Of a stretch of 64,000 nucleotides of DNA, positions 19,208 to 28,825 are shown one piece after another. A program made the position numbers and the translations under genes. Source of the DNA: Candidatus Heimdallarchaeota archaeon (lineage in GTDB: Archaea; Asgardarchaeota; Heimdallarchaeia; Heimdallarchaeales; Heimdallarchaeaceae); assembly GCA_030603365.1 (NCBI GenBank), contig JAUVXV010000003.1:64001-128000 (forward strand). The letters run 5' to 3'. The notes under the pieces are model-generated. The model was given only the letters and a program-made list of their open reading frames with translations, searched no databases and was not told the origin of the DNA. Each line of letters opens with the position of its first letter. The first letter of the stretch is position 1.

Positions 19208-20031
19208 ATAAAAAGAGAGTATATAATTTGACAAGAACTAAAGCTATTATTACAGGAGCTTCAAGCGGAATTGGTGAATCTTTCGCTAAAGAACTAGCTT
19301 CAGAGGGCTATGATTTAATCATTACTGCTAGAAGAGAAGAGATACTAGAAGAATTAGCTAAAAACCTAAAGAAAACCTATCAAATAGATGTCGAAGTTGT
19401 AGTAGCAGACTTGTCGAACATTGATGAAATCGAATCTCTATCAGAGAAAATTGAAAAGCTTGATGATATAGATATTCTTGTTAATAATGCAGGTTTTGGT
19501 CTTCCAGGTAGTTTCATAGAATCAGATAAATCTTTGCAACTGGATATGCTCTATGTTCATAATATTGCCAGTTTTGCTCTAAGTAGAGCTGTTCTGCCAA
19601 GTATGATTGAAAGAGATAAGGGTGCAATCATCAATGTTTCTTCTGTGAGTGGATTGATGAGTAGATTCGGTAATGTTACATACACTGTGACAAAAGCTTT
19701 TCTGGTTGTTCTTTCAGAAGCTCTTCAAGAGGAACTAAATGGTACTAATATCAGAATACAAGCTCTCTGCCCAGGAATGACAAAATCAGGTTTTCATGAC
19801 ACTAAAGAATTAGCTTCTTTTGATAAAACCTCTGTCCCAAAGAATTTTTGGATGACATCTGATGAAGTAGTAAAAAAATCTCTTAAAGCTTTACAGAGGA
19901 AAAAAGCAATTTATGTACCGGGATTTAGAAATAGGTTGATTGTAAAAACCAGTAACAATTTTCTAACAGGTAGAATTATTAGATACTACGCTTCGAAAAG
20001 GCTAAAAAGAGAAAAACAAACTGAAAAGTGA
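19204..20031 (+). CDS. SDR family oxidoreductase
   Basis: TGASSGIG, VNNAG, YTVTK, LCPG; ATG at 19204 overlaps the upstream TGA (ATGA). Confidence 0.9.
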   Translation: MNKKRVYNLTRTKAIITGASSGIGESFAKELASEGYDLIITARREEILEELAKNLKKTYQIDVEVVVADLSNIDEIESLSEKIEKLDDIDILVNNAGFGLPGSFIESDKSLQLDMLYVHNIASFALSRAVLPSMIERDKGAIINVSSVSGLMSRFGNVTYTVTKAFLVVLSEALQEELNGTNIRIQALCPGMTKSGFHDTKELASFDKTSVPKNFWMTSDEVVKKSLKALQRKKAIYVPGFRNRLIVKTSNNFLTGRIIRYYASKRLKREKQTEK

Positions 20032-20039
20032 TTCTTAGT

Positions 20040-20696
20040 TTAGAGAACTTGCACCCATCTAGGTTCAAATTCCTCTTTTGCAAACTTGATTCTTACTAGT
20101 TGTTGGAGACCTTCAGGGTCATCTTTTCTCTGTGTTTCTATGACCATATCCACAATTGCATGGAGAGTATTCTCAATTTGTTGATCAATAACTCCTGAAT
20201 CTAATATGAGCAAAGCTGATTGTTTCCTCTGTCGAATACGAGCTGCAAGGGTTTGTAAGAAATTCAAAACCTGCATTGGTTTGTTATACAACATTAAAAC
20301 AGCAAGCTGATCGAAAACAATTCTTAATTTTTTTGCATTTTGCGATAATTCATTAATATTTACTGATAATGTAAGTAAATCACTTGCATGCTCTAAAAAG
20401 AAAGTGTTTTTTGTTTTTTCTTCAGGAACTGATCTATAAGAAAGAGAATCTATGAAGTGAATTTTACTAGTATCAATGTGTGTTTGCAGACCAGTAATCT
20501 CTGATTTTAACTGCTCGATATAATCAACTGCAGATAGAGCAAAAAGAACTACTAATACTGTTTCTCCATTTTGTATTCCATCTTCAATGTATCTAGCTGA
20601 AAGTACTTCTTTGGATGTTCCAGACTCTCCTGCCATTAATATTAGCGAACTTTCAACACTTTTCACCAACATATCAATTCTTGTATTTACAGACAT
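20040..20696 (-). CDS. Single-domain KaiC/RecA-superfamily protein with degenerate Walker A
   Basis: GESGTSKE, FIDSLS, RIVFDQL, VDMVIE. Confidence 0.7.
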   Translation of the reverse strand: MSVNTRIDMLVKSVESSLILMAGESGTSKEVLSARYIEDGIQNGETVLVVLFALSAVDYIEQLKSEITGLQTHIDTSKIHFIDSLSYRSVPEEKTKNTFFLEHASDLLTLSVNINELSQNAKKLRIVFDQLAVLMLYNKPMQVLNFLQTLAARIRQRKQSALLILDSGVIDQQIENTLHAIVDMVIETQRKDDPEGLQQLVRIKFAKEEFEPRWVQVL

Positions 20697-20711
20697 TAGA
20701 AAACCTCATAA

Positions 20712-21524
20712 CTAGGATAGTTGTTTAACTACATCTTTGCAGAATTTCAAGCCATCTTCTATAAAATTCTCAGTACTAATAGATTTAGCAGCCAATCTTA
20801 AACGGTGACTTGTTTGAATAGGAGTAATGCTAATTTTGTCTCTGTATTTATCTTCAAATAGGATTATAGCCGAACTTCTGTAGAATTCCTTTTCACCGTT
20901 ATAGTATAGATAGGCACATCCACATCCTAAAACAGCATCTACTGTGAGATAGGTTTTATCATAATCATCAACATCTTCAAGAGTGGGGATTTCTATCATT
21001 TGCTCTAGAAACAATTTTGCCATATCTATTGCTGAAGTTTTGATGTCCTCTTCTTTAATTTTAATTTTCTCGAAGGGATTCTTACCAATTAGTGTTTTTC
21101 CATGTTGAGCTACTAAAACTCTTGTCCAAGGATAATCTGTCGCTTCTCCACCTTTAGGTATTTCTTCTTCAGTTAGAACTTCAACATCTAACAAAGAACT
21201 GTACAATGGATCTTCAATGTATCTCAGAACAACTCTACTAATCTTCTCCATGGATTTTTTAAAATTATCCCCTGCTGCTTTTTCCTTTAAAACAATAAGA
21301 AAGTCACAATCAGATTCCCCTGCAATATGTTCTTTTGTAACTACGCTTCCAACCAATAGAAGACTGCTTACTATATCTTTTAAATCCGCTTTAACATCCT
21401 TTACAAACTCATCTATTAAATTCTGATACTCGTCTCTCATAAACATTGGACCTCTAGGCGGACCAGGAGGACGAGCTGGGGGACCAGTGGGAGGACCTGA
21501 AGGTTGTTCACTCATCGTTCTCAC
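20712..21524 (-). CDS. Pol-beta-type nucleotidyltransferase domain protein with Pro-rich N-terminus
   Basis: LVGS-x9-SDCDFLIVL plus a later LDV; helical C-terminal domain. Confidence 0.75.
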   Translation of the reverse strand: MRTMSEQPSGPPTGPPARPPGPPRGPMFMRDEYQNLIDEFVKDVKADLKDIVSSLLLVGSVVTKEHIAGESDCDFLIVLKEKAAGDNFKKSMEKISRVVLRYIEDPLYSSLLDVEVLTEEEIPKGGEATDYPWTRVLVAQHGKTLIGKNPFEKIKIKEEDIKTSAIDMAKLFLEQMIEIPTLEDVDDYDKTYLTVDAVLGCGCAYLYYNGEKEFYRSSAIILFEDKYRDKISITPIQTSHRLRLAAKSISTENFIEDGLKFCKDVVKQLS

Positions 21525-21690
21525 ATTTTATTTTTTTTGAGTAAAAATTATACTCTAGTATCCAATTTGGAATTATTTTATTAAACTTTACCCAAAATAT
21601 AAAGGCTATTGTCAGCTCATATTTTCACAATTAAGATTTTATATGCGATTAGTTAAAGTAGGTAGAAGTTGGATTTTAGGTTGAAATATA

Positions 21691-24660
21691 ATGGGGAAAA
21701 AAACTAAAAAGAACGACTTTGCTGAACAAAAAGAGCTATGCCCTCATAATATGTCATATGAGAAAATTGCAGAGGAGTTAAACACAGACCTAAAATTCGG
21801 ATTAAAGCACGAAGTTGTAGAAGAGAGATTAGAGAAGTTTGGAAAGAATGTTCTCCCAAAAGTCAAAGGGTCTGTCTGGGAGGTTTATATCGCACCACTA
21901 CTTAATTGGTTGATTAATATTTATCTAATTGTCGCAGTTGTAATGGTGATTTTAGGATTAGTTAAAGATTTTGCATTCAGAGGTCAATCAGAGTCTAGTG
22001 TGTGGGGACAAATAGGATTCTGGATGCTAATAATAGGTGTAAATATCATTTTTACAATATTCCAACAAATTAGAGCTCAATTCAAACTTGATGCTCTTCA
22101 TAAGCTATCAGCACCATCTTCAACTGTAATAAGAGATGGTGTTCCAGAGGATATCAGTGCTGAGTTGCTAGTCCCTGGTGATTTGATAGAACTAGACCAA
22201 GGAGACAGGGTTCCAGCTGATTCCCGAATCATTTATTCTAGCAATTGTCTGGTAAACGAAAGTGCTCTCACTGGTGAATCAGTTGCTGTAGAAAAAACAA
22301 ATTCTCCTCAGGTATGCTTAGAGGAAGATACTCCAATTTCACAGCGAATAAACATGCTCTATACTGGAACATTTCTGGAAGCTGGAAGAGCAATCGCAGT
22401 TGTTGCAAGTACAGGGATTTATACTGAATTAGGAAGATTATCAACAGAATTGCAGGAAATTGGTTCAAATGAAATTCCTATACGATCAAAGGTCAATAGA
22501 CTGGCAAAGTGGTTGGGGATAGCAGTAGTTGTATTTATTGTTGTGTCAGTAACTTACAAGATAATTTTCCATTCAGTTGGTGGTACTATAGGACAAATAG
22601 ATTTTGTTGATGATTTAGTTTTAACAGTAACAACATCCATGGCAATTATGCCAATCAGTATACCACTACTAACTACACTAATCTTGCTCACAGGAGTACT
22701 GGCTATGGCAAAAGATAGGGTGATAATAAGAAACTTATCTGCTGTAGAAACATTAGGTAGAAGCTCAATTTTGTGCAGTGATAAAACAGGGACTATTACT
22801 TCTAATCAGATGACAATTCAACGTATCTGGGATGTGGAAAGTTTCTATGGTGTCTCAGGTATAGGCTATAGTAACAAGGGGTCAATCTATCCCCTAGGTG
22901 AAGAATTCCCCGATTCATTTGATGAATATACTCTACCAGATTCCATCAAACCATTTGCAGAAGGATCATCTTTAGAATACTTACTAATTGGAGGAATGTT
23001 AAATAATAATGCTCATTTGATTGTGGAAGAAGTTTTTGAACCTCATCATCAAATTTCATGGAAGACAACAGGAGATCCTACAGATGGAGCATTTCTAGCA
23101 TTGTTTAACAAATCAGGTTTATCAGAAAAGACAGTACAATCTCAATTTGGATATCTATCAGAATTTAATTTTGATTCAGTAGTAAAAAGAATGAGCAAAA
23201 CCTATCAAGATGAAGAAGGATATATTTTGTTTTGTAAAGGAGCAACAGAAACAGTGTTGCCATTGTGCAATAGGTTAGGATATCCAGAATCAAATAGACC
23301 AATTACTGAAGAAGACAAAAAACAAATCATGGAGTATGTAAGTAAGTTTGCAGCTACAGGATATAGAGTAATATCCTTAGGTATAAGACCAATGGATAAA
23401 GATAAGACATTAACACACATCAGAGAGGAAGAAGAAAACAATCTAATATACAATGGGTTTGTGTGTATGCTGGATCCAGCAAGATATGGTGTAAAAGATG
23501 CAGTAGAAGAATGCCGTCAAGCTGGAATAACTCCAATTATGATTACAGGAGATAGTTCCATAACCGCAAAAGCAATAGCGAAAGAAGTAGGAATTGTAAA
23601 AGGGGAAGAACTAGCTGTAGAGGGAAACCAAATAAAAAATCTAACTGAAGAAGAGTTCTTTAAGACCAGAATATTTGCAAGAGTATCACCACAACATAAA
23701 CAAGTAATTGTAGATAGATACCAAAAGAAGGGAAAAATTGTATCGATGACAGGCGACGGGGTTAATGATGCTCTAGCTTTAACAAACGCTGATGTAGGTA
23801 TCTGTATGGGTATTGCTGGTACCGAAGTTGCTAAGCAAGCTTCTGATGTTGTCATTGCTGATGACAGTTTTACTAGTACTGTTCTTGGTATTCGTGAAGG
23901 TCGTGGTCTTTTTGATCGTATCCGTGTTATGATTTTCTTCTACATCACTCTCAATATTGCTGAAGCTATTCTTTATTTTGCTACTTCATTCATACCTAAT
24001 TTTTATATTGTTAATGATTTTCAACGTGTTTACATTTTTTCTACTGCTCACTTGATTCCTCCTTTTGCATTCATTTTCGATAGTATTGCTGATGAAATAA
24101 TGGATTTCCCTCCCCGAGATGATGAGGAAATTTTCAATAAGCGCTACGTTCTAGCTCTTGTTATTCTAGCTCTTTCTCTTGCTTTCTCAGCTGGTCTAGT
24201 CTATTTATTGGGATTTTTTGGTCCTGTAATTCTTTCTGAGTTCACTCATTCCGGTAATGTATCTGGATTGCTAAGTCTAGATAGTAACATCGCTTCTGCT
24301 CCTTTAGGATATGGACAAGCTAAAGCTAGAACAATGTTTGTCACCGTTCTTGTAATCGCAGAAAGTCTTATAGTTCTAAGTCTTAGGAGATTGAATAAGT
24401 CAGTTTTCAAATCTCTCAAAGAGGACTGGAATTGGGTGGTATTTGTACTTGTTATGATTGTACCTATACTTCATATCATTCTCATGTACATCCCTGCCTT
24501 GCAAAATCTTGTTGAATCGATAATGGGTACGGGTTATAGTCCTGGATTACTCCAACTGAATATTCTAGACTGGTTGATTGTTCTTGTAGCGGTAGCTATT
24601 CCACTAGTAACGATGGAAGTTTACAAATACTTCATTAGAAGGAGAAAATCTTATTATTGA
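21691..24660 (+). CDS. P-type ATPase, P2A-like scaffold with atypical transport site
   Basis: TGES, DKTGT, GDPTD, KGA, MITGD, FARVSP, GDGVND; TM4 reads PISIP instead of PEGLP. Confidence 0.9.
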   Translation: MGKKTKKNDFAEQKELCPHNMSYEKIAEELNTDLKFGLKHEVVEERLEKFGKNVLPKVKGSVWEVYIAPLLNWLINIYLIVAVVMVILGLVKDFAFRGQSESSVWGQIGFWMLIIGVNIIFTIFQQIRAQFKLDALHKLSAPSSTVIRDGVPEDISAELLVPGDLIELDQGDRVPADSRIIYSSNCLVNESALTGESVAVEKTNSPQVCLEEDTPISQRINMLYTGTFLEAGRAIAVVASTGIYTELGRLSTELQEIGSNEIPIRSKVNRLAKWLGIAVVVFIVVSVTYKIIFHSVGGTIGQIDFVDDLVLTVTTSMAIMPISIPLLTTLILLTGVLAMAKDRVIIRNLSAVETLGRSSILCSDKTGTITSNQMTIQRIWDVESFYGVSGIGYSNKGSIYPLGEEFPDSFDEYTLPDSIKPFAEGSSLEYLLIGGMLNNNAHLIVEEVFEPHHQISWKTTGDPTDGAFLALFNKSGLSEKTVQSQFGYLSEFNFDSVVKRMSKTYQDEEGYILFCKGATETVLPLCNRLGYPESNRPITEEDKKQIMEYVSKFAATGYRVISLGIRPMDKDKTLTHIREEEENNLIYNGFVCMLDPARYGVKDAVEECRQAGITPIMITGDSSITAKAIAKEVGIVKGEELAVEGNQIKNLTEEEFFKTRIFARVSPQHKQVIVDRYQKKGKIVSMTGDGVNDALALTNADVGICMGIAGTEVAKQASDVVIADDSFTSTVLGIREGRGLFDRIRVMIFFYITLNIAEAILYFATSFIPNFYIVNDFQRVYIFSTAHLIPPFAFIFDSIADEIMDFPPRDDEEIFNKRYVLALVILALSLAFSAGLVYLLGFFGPVILSEFTHSGNVSGLLSLDSNIASAPLGYGQAKARTMFVTVLVIAESLIVLSLRRLNKSVFKSLKEDWNWVVFVLVMIVPILHIILMYIPALQNLVESIMGTGYSPGLLQLNILDWLIVLVAVAIPLVTMEVYKYFIRRRKSYY

Positions 24661-24730
24661 AGAAATCTAAAGTCCAGTCTGAATACTTATAACAGTTATT
24701 GAAAAGTCAGCCTTAGTTTGAGCTGGTGGA

Positions 24731-26839
24731 ATGATGGGATCCGAAGAGCAAAACAGAATCAACAAGCATCCAATTCTGAGTGAAGAAGACTTTGAAATAG
24801 TTCCATTTTCTTTTAATGGTAAACAAGTTTCTGGTAAGAAAGGGGAGATGTTATCTTCAGCTTTAATTGCTAATGGAATCCAAATTTTTGGTCATCACCC
24901 AAAGGATCATGCACCTCAAGGGATTTTCTGTGCTAATGGTCAATGTGCTCAATGCACAGTTATTGTTGATGGTATTGCTGTCAAATCTTGTATGACTCCT
25001 CTTCAAGCAAATGTGAAGGTTGAGAGTGTTGAAGGGTATCCTGCTCTACCTGAAGATGATGAAGAAGTAGTATTTCAAGAAATAGAAACTGTGGAAACAG
25101 ATGTTTTAATCATTGGAGCTGGACCAGCTGGTTTACAAGCAGCTCTTACTTTAGGAAAACTGGGTGCAAAAATTATTCTTGTTGATGATAAAGATAGATT
25201 AGGAGGAAAACTTCTACTCCAAACACACAAGTTCTTTGGATCAGTGACTGATTCCTATGCTGGAACAAGAGGAATAGAAATTGCTAAAATTCTAGAAAAG
25301 GAAGTTCAATTGTACCCCAACATTGACATCTGGTTGAACAGTCCTTGTATAGGTGTGTTTTCAGATCAACTTGTTGGGATTTTGAAAGAAGAGATTTATC
25401 TTCATGTAAAACCTAAGAAACTTCTTGTAGCAACTGGTGCAAGAGAGAAGATGCTCGCTTTTCCGGGGAATACACTACCTGGAGTTTATGGAGCTGGTGC
25501 CTTCCAAACACTAGTCAATAGGGATTTAGTTAAGTCAAGTGAACAGATTTTTATCATTGGAGGAGGGAATGTTGGTATCATTGCAGGATACCATGCTATT
25601 CAAGCAGGAATTGAAGTTGTAGGTCTAGTTGAAGCTCTACCGAAATGTGGTGGATATAAAGTTCATGAGGATAAGCTAAGAAGACTAGGTGTACCTATCT
25701 ATACTAGACATACAGTTGTTGCTGTTCATGGAAAAGATCATGTTGAATCTACTACCATCTCTGAGATTGATGAAAAATTCCAACCAATAAAAGGAACTGA
25801 AAGAACCTTTGAAGTAGATACAGTTCTAATTGCTATAGGTTTAGATCCAGTAAACGAATTCTACCACAAAGCGAAAGAATTCTGTATGGATGTGTGGGCA
25901 GCTGGTGACGCTTATGAAATAGCAGAAGCTTCTTCTGCAATGTTCAGTGGTAAAATAGCTGGGATGAAAATAGCACGATCTTTGGGGTTAACAGAAGCGG
26001 AAGTACCGAAAGAGTGGGAGCTAAAAGTAGAAGTTTTGAAGAGTCATCCTGGTCCTGTAGTCCAAAGAGAAAAACCAATCAAAGAAGAAGGAATCTATCC
26101 AGTCTTTCATTGCAACCAAGAAATACCTTGCGATCCCTGCGCTTCAGTGTGTCCAAAAGAGTTGATAGCAATACCAGATGGAGGGATTTTAGGTTTACCA
26201 GAATTTCAAAACCAAGAGGAAATTGATTGTATAGGTTGCGCTCAGTGTGTTGCAGTATGTCCGGGTTTAGCAGTAACTTTAGTCGATTACAGAGATGACT
26301 CAAATAATCCATTGGTCACAATTCCAACAGAAATATTTATTGGAAAAATAGAGAAAGGAGAAGAATTACTAGTGGTTGGAGAAGATAGTGAGGATTTGGG
26401 TAAACACACTGTTGAGAAAGTTCGCATCCTCAAGAAATACCCAAACACACAGTTGATTACAGTTAGACTTCCTAAAGAGGAAGCATTAGAAGCAACTTCC
26501 TTCAGACTACCTAAAGGTAAGGATATTAAAGAGATTCAGAAATATCAAGATATTATTCCTGACACAGCAATAATCTGCAGATGCGAGAGAATTACAGCTG
26601 GTGAAATTCGAACACTCATCAAACAAGGAATAACTGATGCTAACGAATTAAAAGCAATTACGAAAATAGGGATGGGTGCATGCGGAGCTAAAACTTGTAC
26701 GAAGCTTATTGAAAAATTATTTAGAGAAGAACAAATTCCCTATGAAGAAATGACACCTTTTGTTCAGAGACCTCTATTTGTTGAAATCCCATTAAGGCAT
26801 TTTGCTGGTCTTTCCAAGGAGGAGAAACAAGATGACTAA
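24731..26839 (+). CDS. Sarcosine oxidase / L-proline dehydrogenase alpha-like subunit (2Fe-2S + FAD + 4Fe-4S + BFD-like)
   Basis: FCANGQCAQC, GAGPAG, ATGARE, CDPC..VCP / CIGCAQCVAVCP, ICRCE...GMGACG..C. Confidence 0.85.
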   Translation: MMGSEEQNRINKHPILSEEDFEIVPFSFNGKQVSGKKGEMLSSALIANGIQIFGHHPKDHAPQGIFCANGQCAQCTVIVDGIAVKSCMTPLQANVKVESVEGYPALPEDDEEVVFQEIETVETDVLIIGAGPAGLQAALTLGKLGAKIILVDDKDRLGGKLLLQTHKFFGSVTDSYAGTRGIEIAKILEKEVQLYPNIDIWLNSPCIGVFSDQLVGILKEEIYLHVKPKKLLVATGAREKMLAFPGNTLPGVYGAGAFQTLVNRDLVKSSEQIFIIGGGNVGIIAGYHAIQAGIEVVGLVEALPKCGGYKVHEDKLRRLGVPIYTRHTVVAVHGKDHVESTTISEIDEKFQPIKGTERTFEVDTVLIAIGLDPVNEFYHKAKEFCMDVWAAGDAYEIAEASSAMFSGKIAGMKIARSLGLTEAEVPKEWELKVEVLKSHPGPVVQREKPIKEEGIYPVFHCNQEIPCDPCASVCPKELIAIPDGGILGLPEFQNQEEIDCIGCAQCVAVCPGLAVTLVDYRDDSNNPLVTIPTEIFIGKIEKGEELLVVGEDSEDLGKHTVEKVRILKKYPNTQLITVRLPKEEALEATSFRLPKGKDIKEIQKYQDIIPDTAIICRCERITAGEIRTLIKQGITDANELKAITKIGMGACGAKTCTKLIEKLFREEQIPYEEMTPFVQRPLFVEIPLRHFAGLSKEEKQDD

Positions 26840-27986
26840 GAAGTATGATGTGGTTATCATTGGTGCTGGGAGTGTAGGTGTTCCTGCTGCTTATGCCATG
26901 TCCAGAGAGGGACTGAAAGTAGCAGTGATTGATGAACTCCCTTCAACTGGTCAAGGTCAGAATAAAAAAGCAATAGGGGGAATTCGAGCTACTCACACTA
27001 ATCCATCTAAGATTCTTCTATGTCAAGAATCAATTAATATTGTTGCTAGTTGGGAGAAGAAGTATGGAACAGACATTGAGTGGCATCAAGGTGGATATAC
27101 ATTTGTTGCATATAATGAAGCTCACGAACGACTCATGAAAGAAAATCTAGTAATTCAAAAAGAAGCAGGATTAAACATCAATTGGGTGGCTAGAGATAAA
27201 ATCATAGAACTTGTTCCAGGTATTAGTCAAGAAGGATTGCGAGGTGGAACTTACTCCCCTGAAGATGGTAACTCTTCACCTTTGAAGACTCTTCATGCTA
27301 TACAAAAACAGTCTGTTATTCAAGGAACAGATTACTTCTTCAAAGAATCAGTTGTGGATATTCAGACTGAGAATAATCATGTTAAGAAACTAATGACTAA
27401 CAAAGGGGTATATGAAGCTGATTACATTATCAATGCGGCAGGAGCTTATGCTAAAGAAATAGGGGAGATGGTGGGTGTTAATTTACCTGTATTTCCTGAC
27501 TCTCATGAATCAGGTATAAGTGAACCAGTCAAGAAATTCATTGATCCTCTGGTGGTTGATTTACGACCAGGTAAAGGTACCAAAAACTTCTACTTCTATC
27601 AGAACGAGGAAGGCAAATTTATTCTATGCCTCACACCTGAACCTTTGATTCCAGGAACAAATGAAAATGAAACTTCAGTCTTTCTACCCCAAGTAGCACA
27701 GAGATTAATCAATCTGATTCCTCGAACAAAACATCTCAAAATGAGAAGGACATGGAGAGGACTTTATCCTATGACTCCCGATGGGTCTCCTATCGTTGGG
27801 AAAGTACACAATCTTGAAGGGTATATCAATGCAGTTGGAATGTGCGGACAAGGTTACATGTTAGGTCCAGGATTGGGTGAATTACTAGCAAGATTGATTC
27901 TAGAAAAAACTTCTCCACACGATGAAAGAATGTTAGAAGAGCTATCTTTTTACAGAGATTTTGGAAAGGTTGAAAAACTGAAATAG
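26832..27986 (+). CDS. FAD-dependent amino-acid oxidase beta subunit (DAO/SoxB family)
   Basis: IIGAGSVG, NAAGAY, W.GLYPMTPDG.PIVG, GQGYMLGP; ATG at 26832 overlaps the upstream gene end. Confidence 0.88.
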   Translation: MTKKYDVVIIGAGSVGVPAAYAMSREGLKVAVIDELPSTGQGQNKKAIGGIRATHTNPSKILLCQESINIVASWEKKYGTDIEWHQGGYTFVAYNEAHERLMKENLVIQKEAGLNINWVARDKIIELVPGISQEGLRGGTYSPEDGNSSPLKTLHAIQKQSVIQGTDYFFKESVVDIQTENNHVKKLMTNKGVYEADYIINAAGAYAKEIGEMVGVNLPVFPDSHESGISEPVKKFIDPLVVDLRPGKGTKNFYFYQNEEGKFILCLTPEPLIPGTNENETSVFLPQVAQRLINLIPRTKHLKMRRTWRGLYPMTPDGSPIVGKVHNLEGYINAVGMCGQGYMLGPGLGELLARLILEKTSPHDERMLEELSFYRDFGKVEKLK

Positions 27987-28079
27987 ACTTGTCAGTTACT
28001 CAATTTTGATTTGCATTTACGAATAATCTTATAACCCGAAAAACGATACTTTAAGACAAGCTTTCGAACCATCACTCAG

Positions 28080-28811
28080 TTGTTGTCTATGAAGTCAGAT
28101 ACATCTATTAAACGTCTTATTCGTTGCTATGAATCTGATATAACATGTACTGGAGGAGTGGTTTTTATCGGTGATGGTCATACTGGGAAGACACACTCGG
28201 CTTTAAGTTTATCAAGTTATAGAGAAGGAGCTTTTATTGATGCACAGTGTAGGTCGCTTTCTAAGTCAATAAATTTAGAGTTTGAATATTTTATTGCTCA
28301 TGCAAATATTGAGCAATTCAAAGTAACTGTTAGTTCGCAACTGTTTATCATGCCTGGACAAAAAGGAAAAGCAGAAAAGGGAACAGGTCTAGCATTTGAA
28401 GATGCTTTAGACCTTTATTTTGATATCAGATCAATTGATGAAGTCATTGTGTTGGTTCTAACTTACAGTTTGGTCGATATAACTACTTTTCAGAATCTTG
28501 AATACTGGTTAAATCAAGCAATTGAACATGAGCTTATACAAGATTATACAAGTATAGTTCTATTGGGAACACATCTGGATGCTGAAGATTCAGTTCTTGT
28601 TTCAGATGAAAATGTTCAGCAAGGAATACAGTTCATAGAGCGATATGTTGAGGATAAAATAGGTATTCATATTAGTCCTGAAAGGATTATACCAGTCAAA
28701 ATTTCAAATGTAACTCAAGAAGGTATTAAAGAATTTCAAGAGGCAATAAGTGAAGGTTTTTATCATTCATTTGGAATCAAAGAGATAATAGATGACCAGT
28801 TAAATTGTTAA
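28080..28811 (+). CDS. Divergent Rab/Ras-like small GTPase
   Basis: G1 GDGHTGKT, G3 MPGQ, TFQNLEYW, G4 GTHLD, G5 ISNV; alternative start at ATG 28089. Confidence 0.7.
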   Translation: MLSMKSDTSIKRLIRCYESDITCTGGVVFIGDGHTGKTHSALSLSSYREGAFIDAQCRSLSKSINLEFEYFIAHANIEQFKVTVSSQLFIMPGQKGKAEKGTGLAFEDALDLYFDIRSIDEVIVLVLTYSLVDITTFQNLEYWLNQAIEHELIQDYTSIVLLGTHLDAEDSVLVSDENVQQGIQFIERYVEDKIGIHISPERIIPVKISNVTQEGIKEFQEAISEGFYHSFGIKEIIDDQLNC

Positions 28812-28825
28812 TAAAGGTTGAGTAA

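Noticed and set aside
21691-24660. Calling the ATPase a true P4 flippase or a SERCA Ca2+ pump
   Set aside because: It lacks the P4 DGET/GDGAND motifs and no CDC50-like gene is seen, and it also lacks key Ca2+ ligands; left unassigned.
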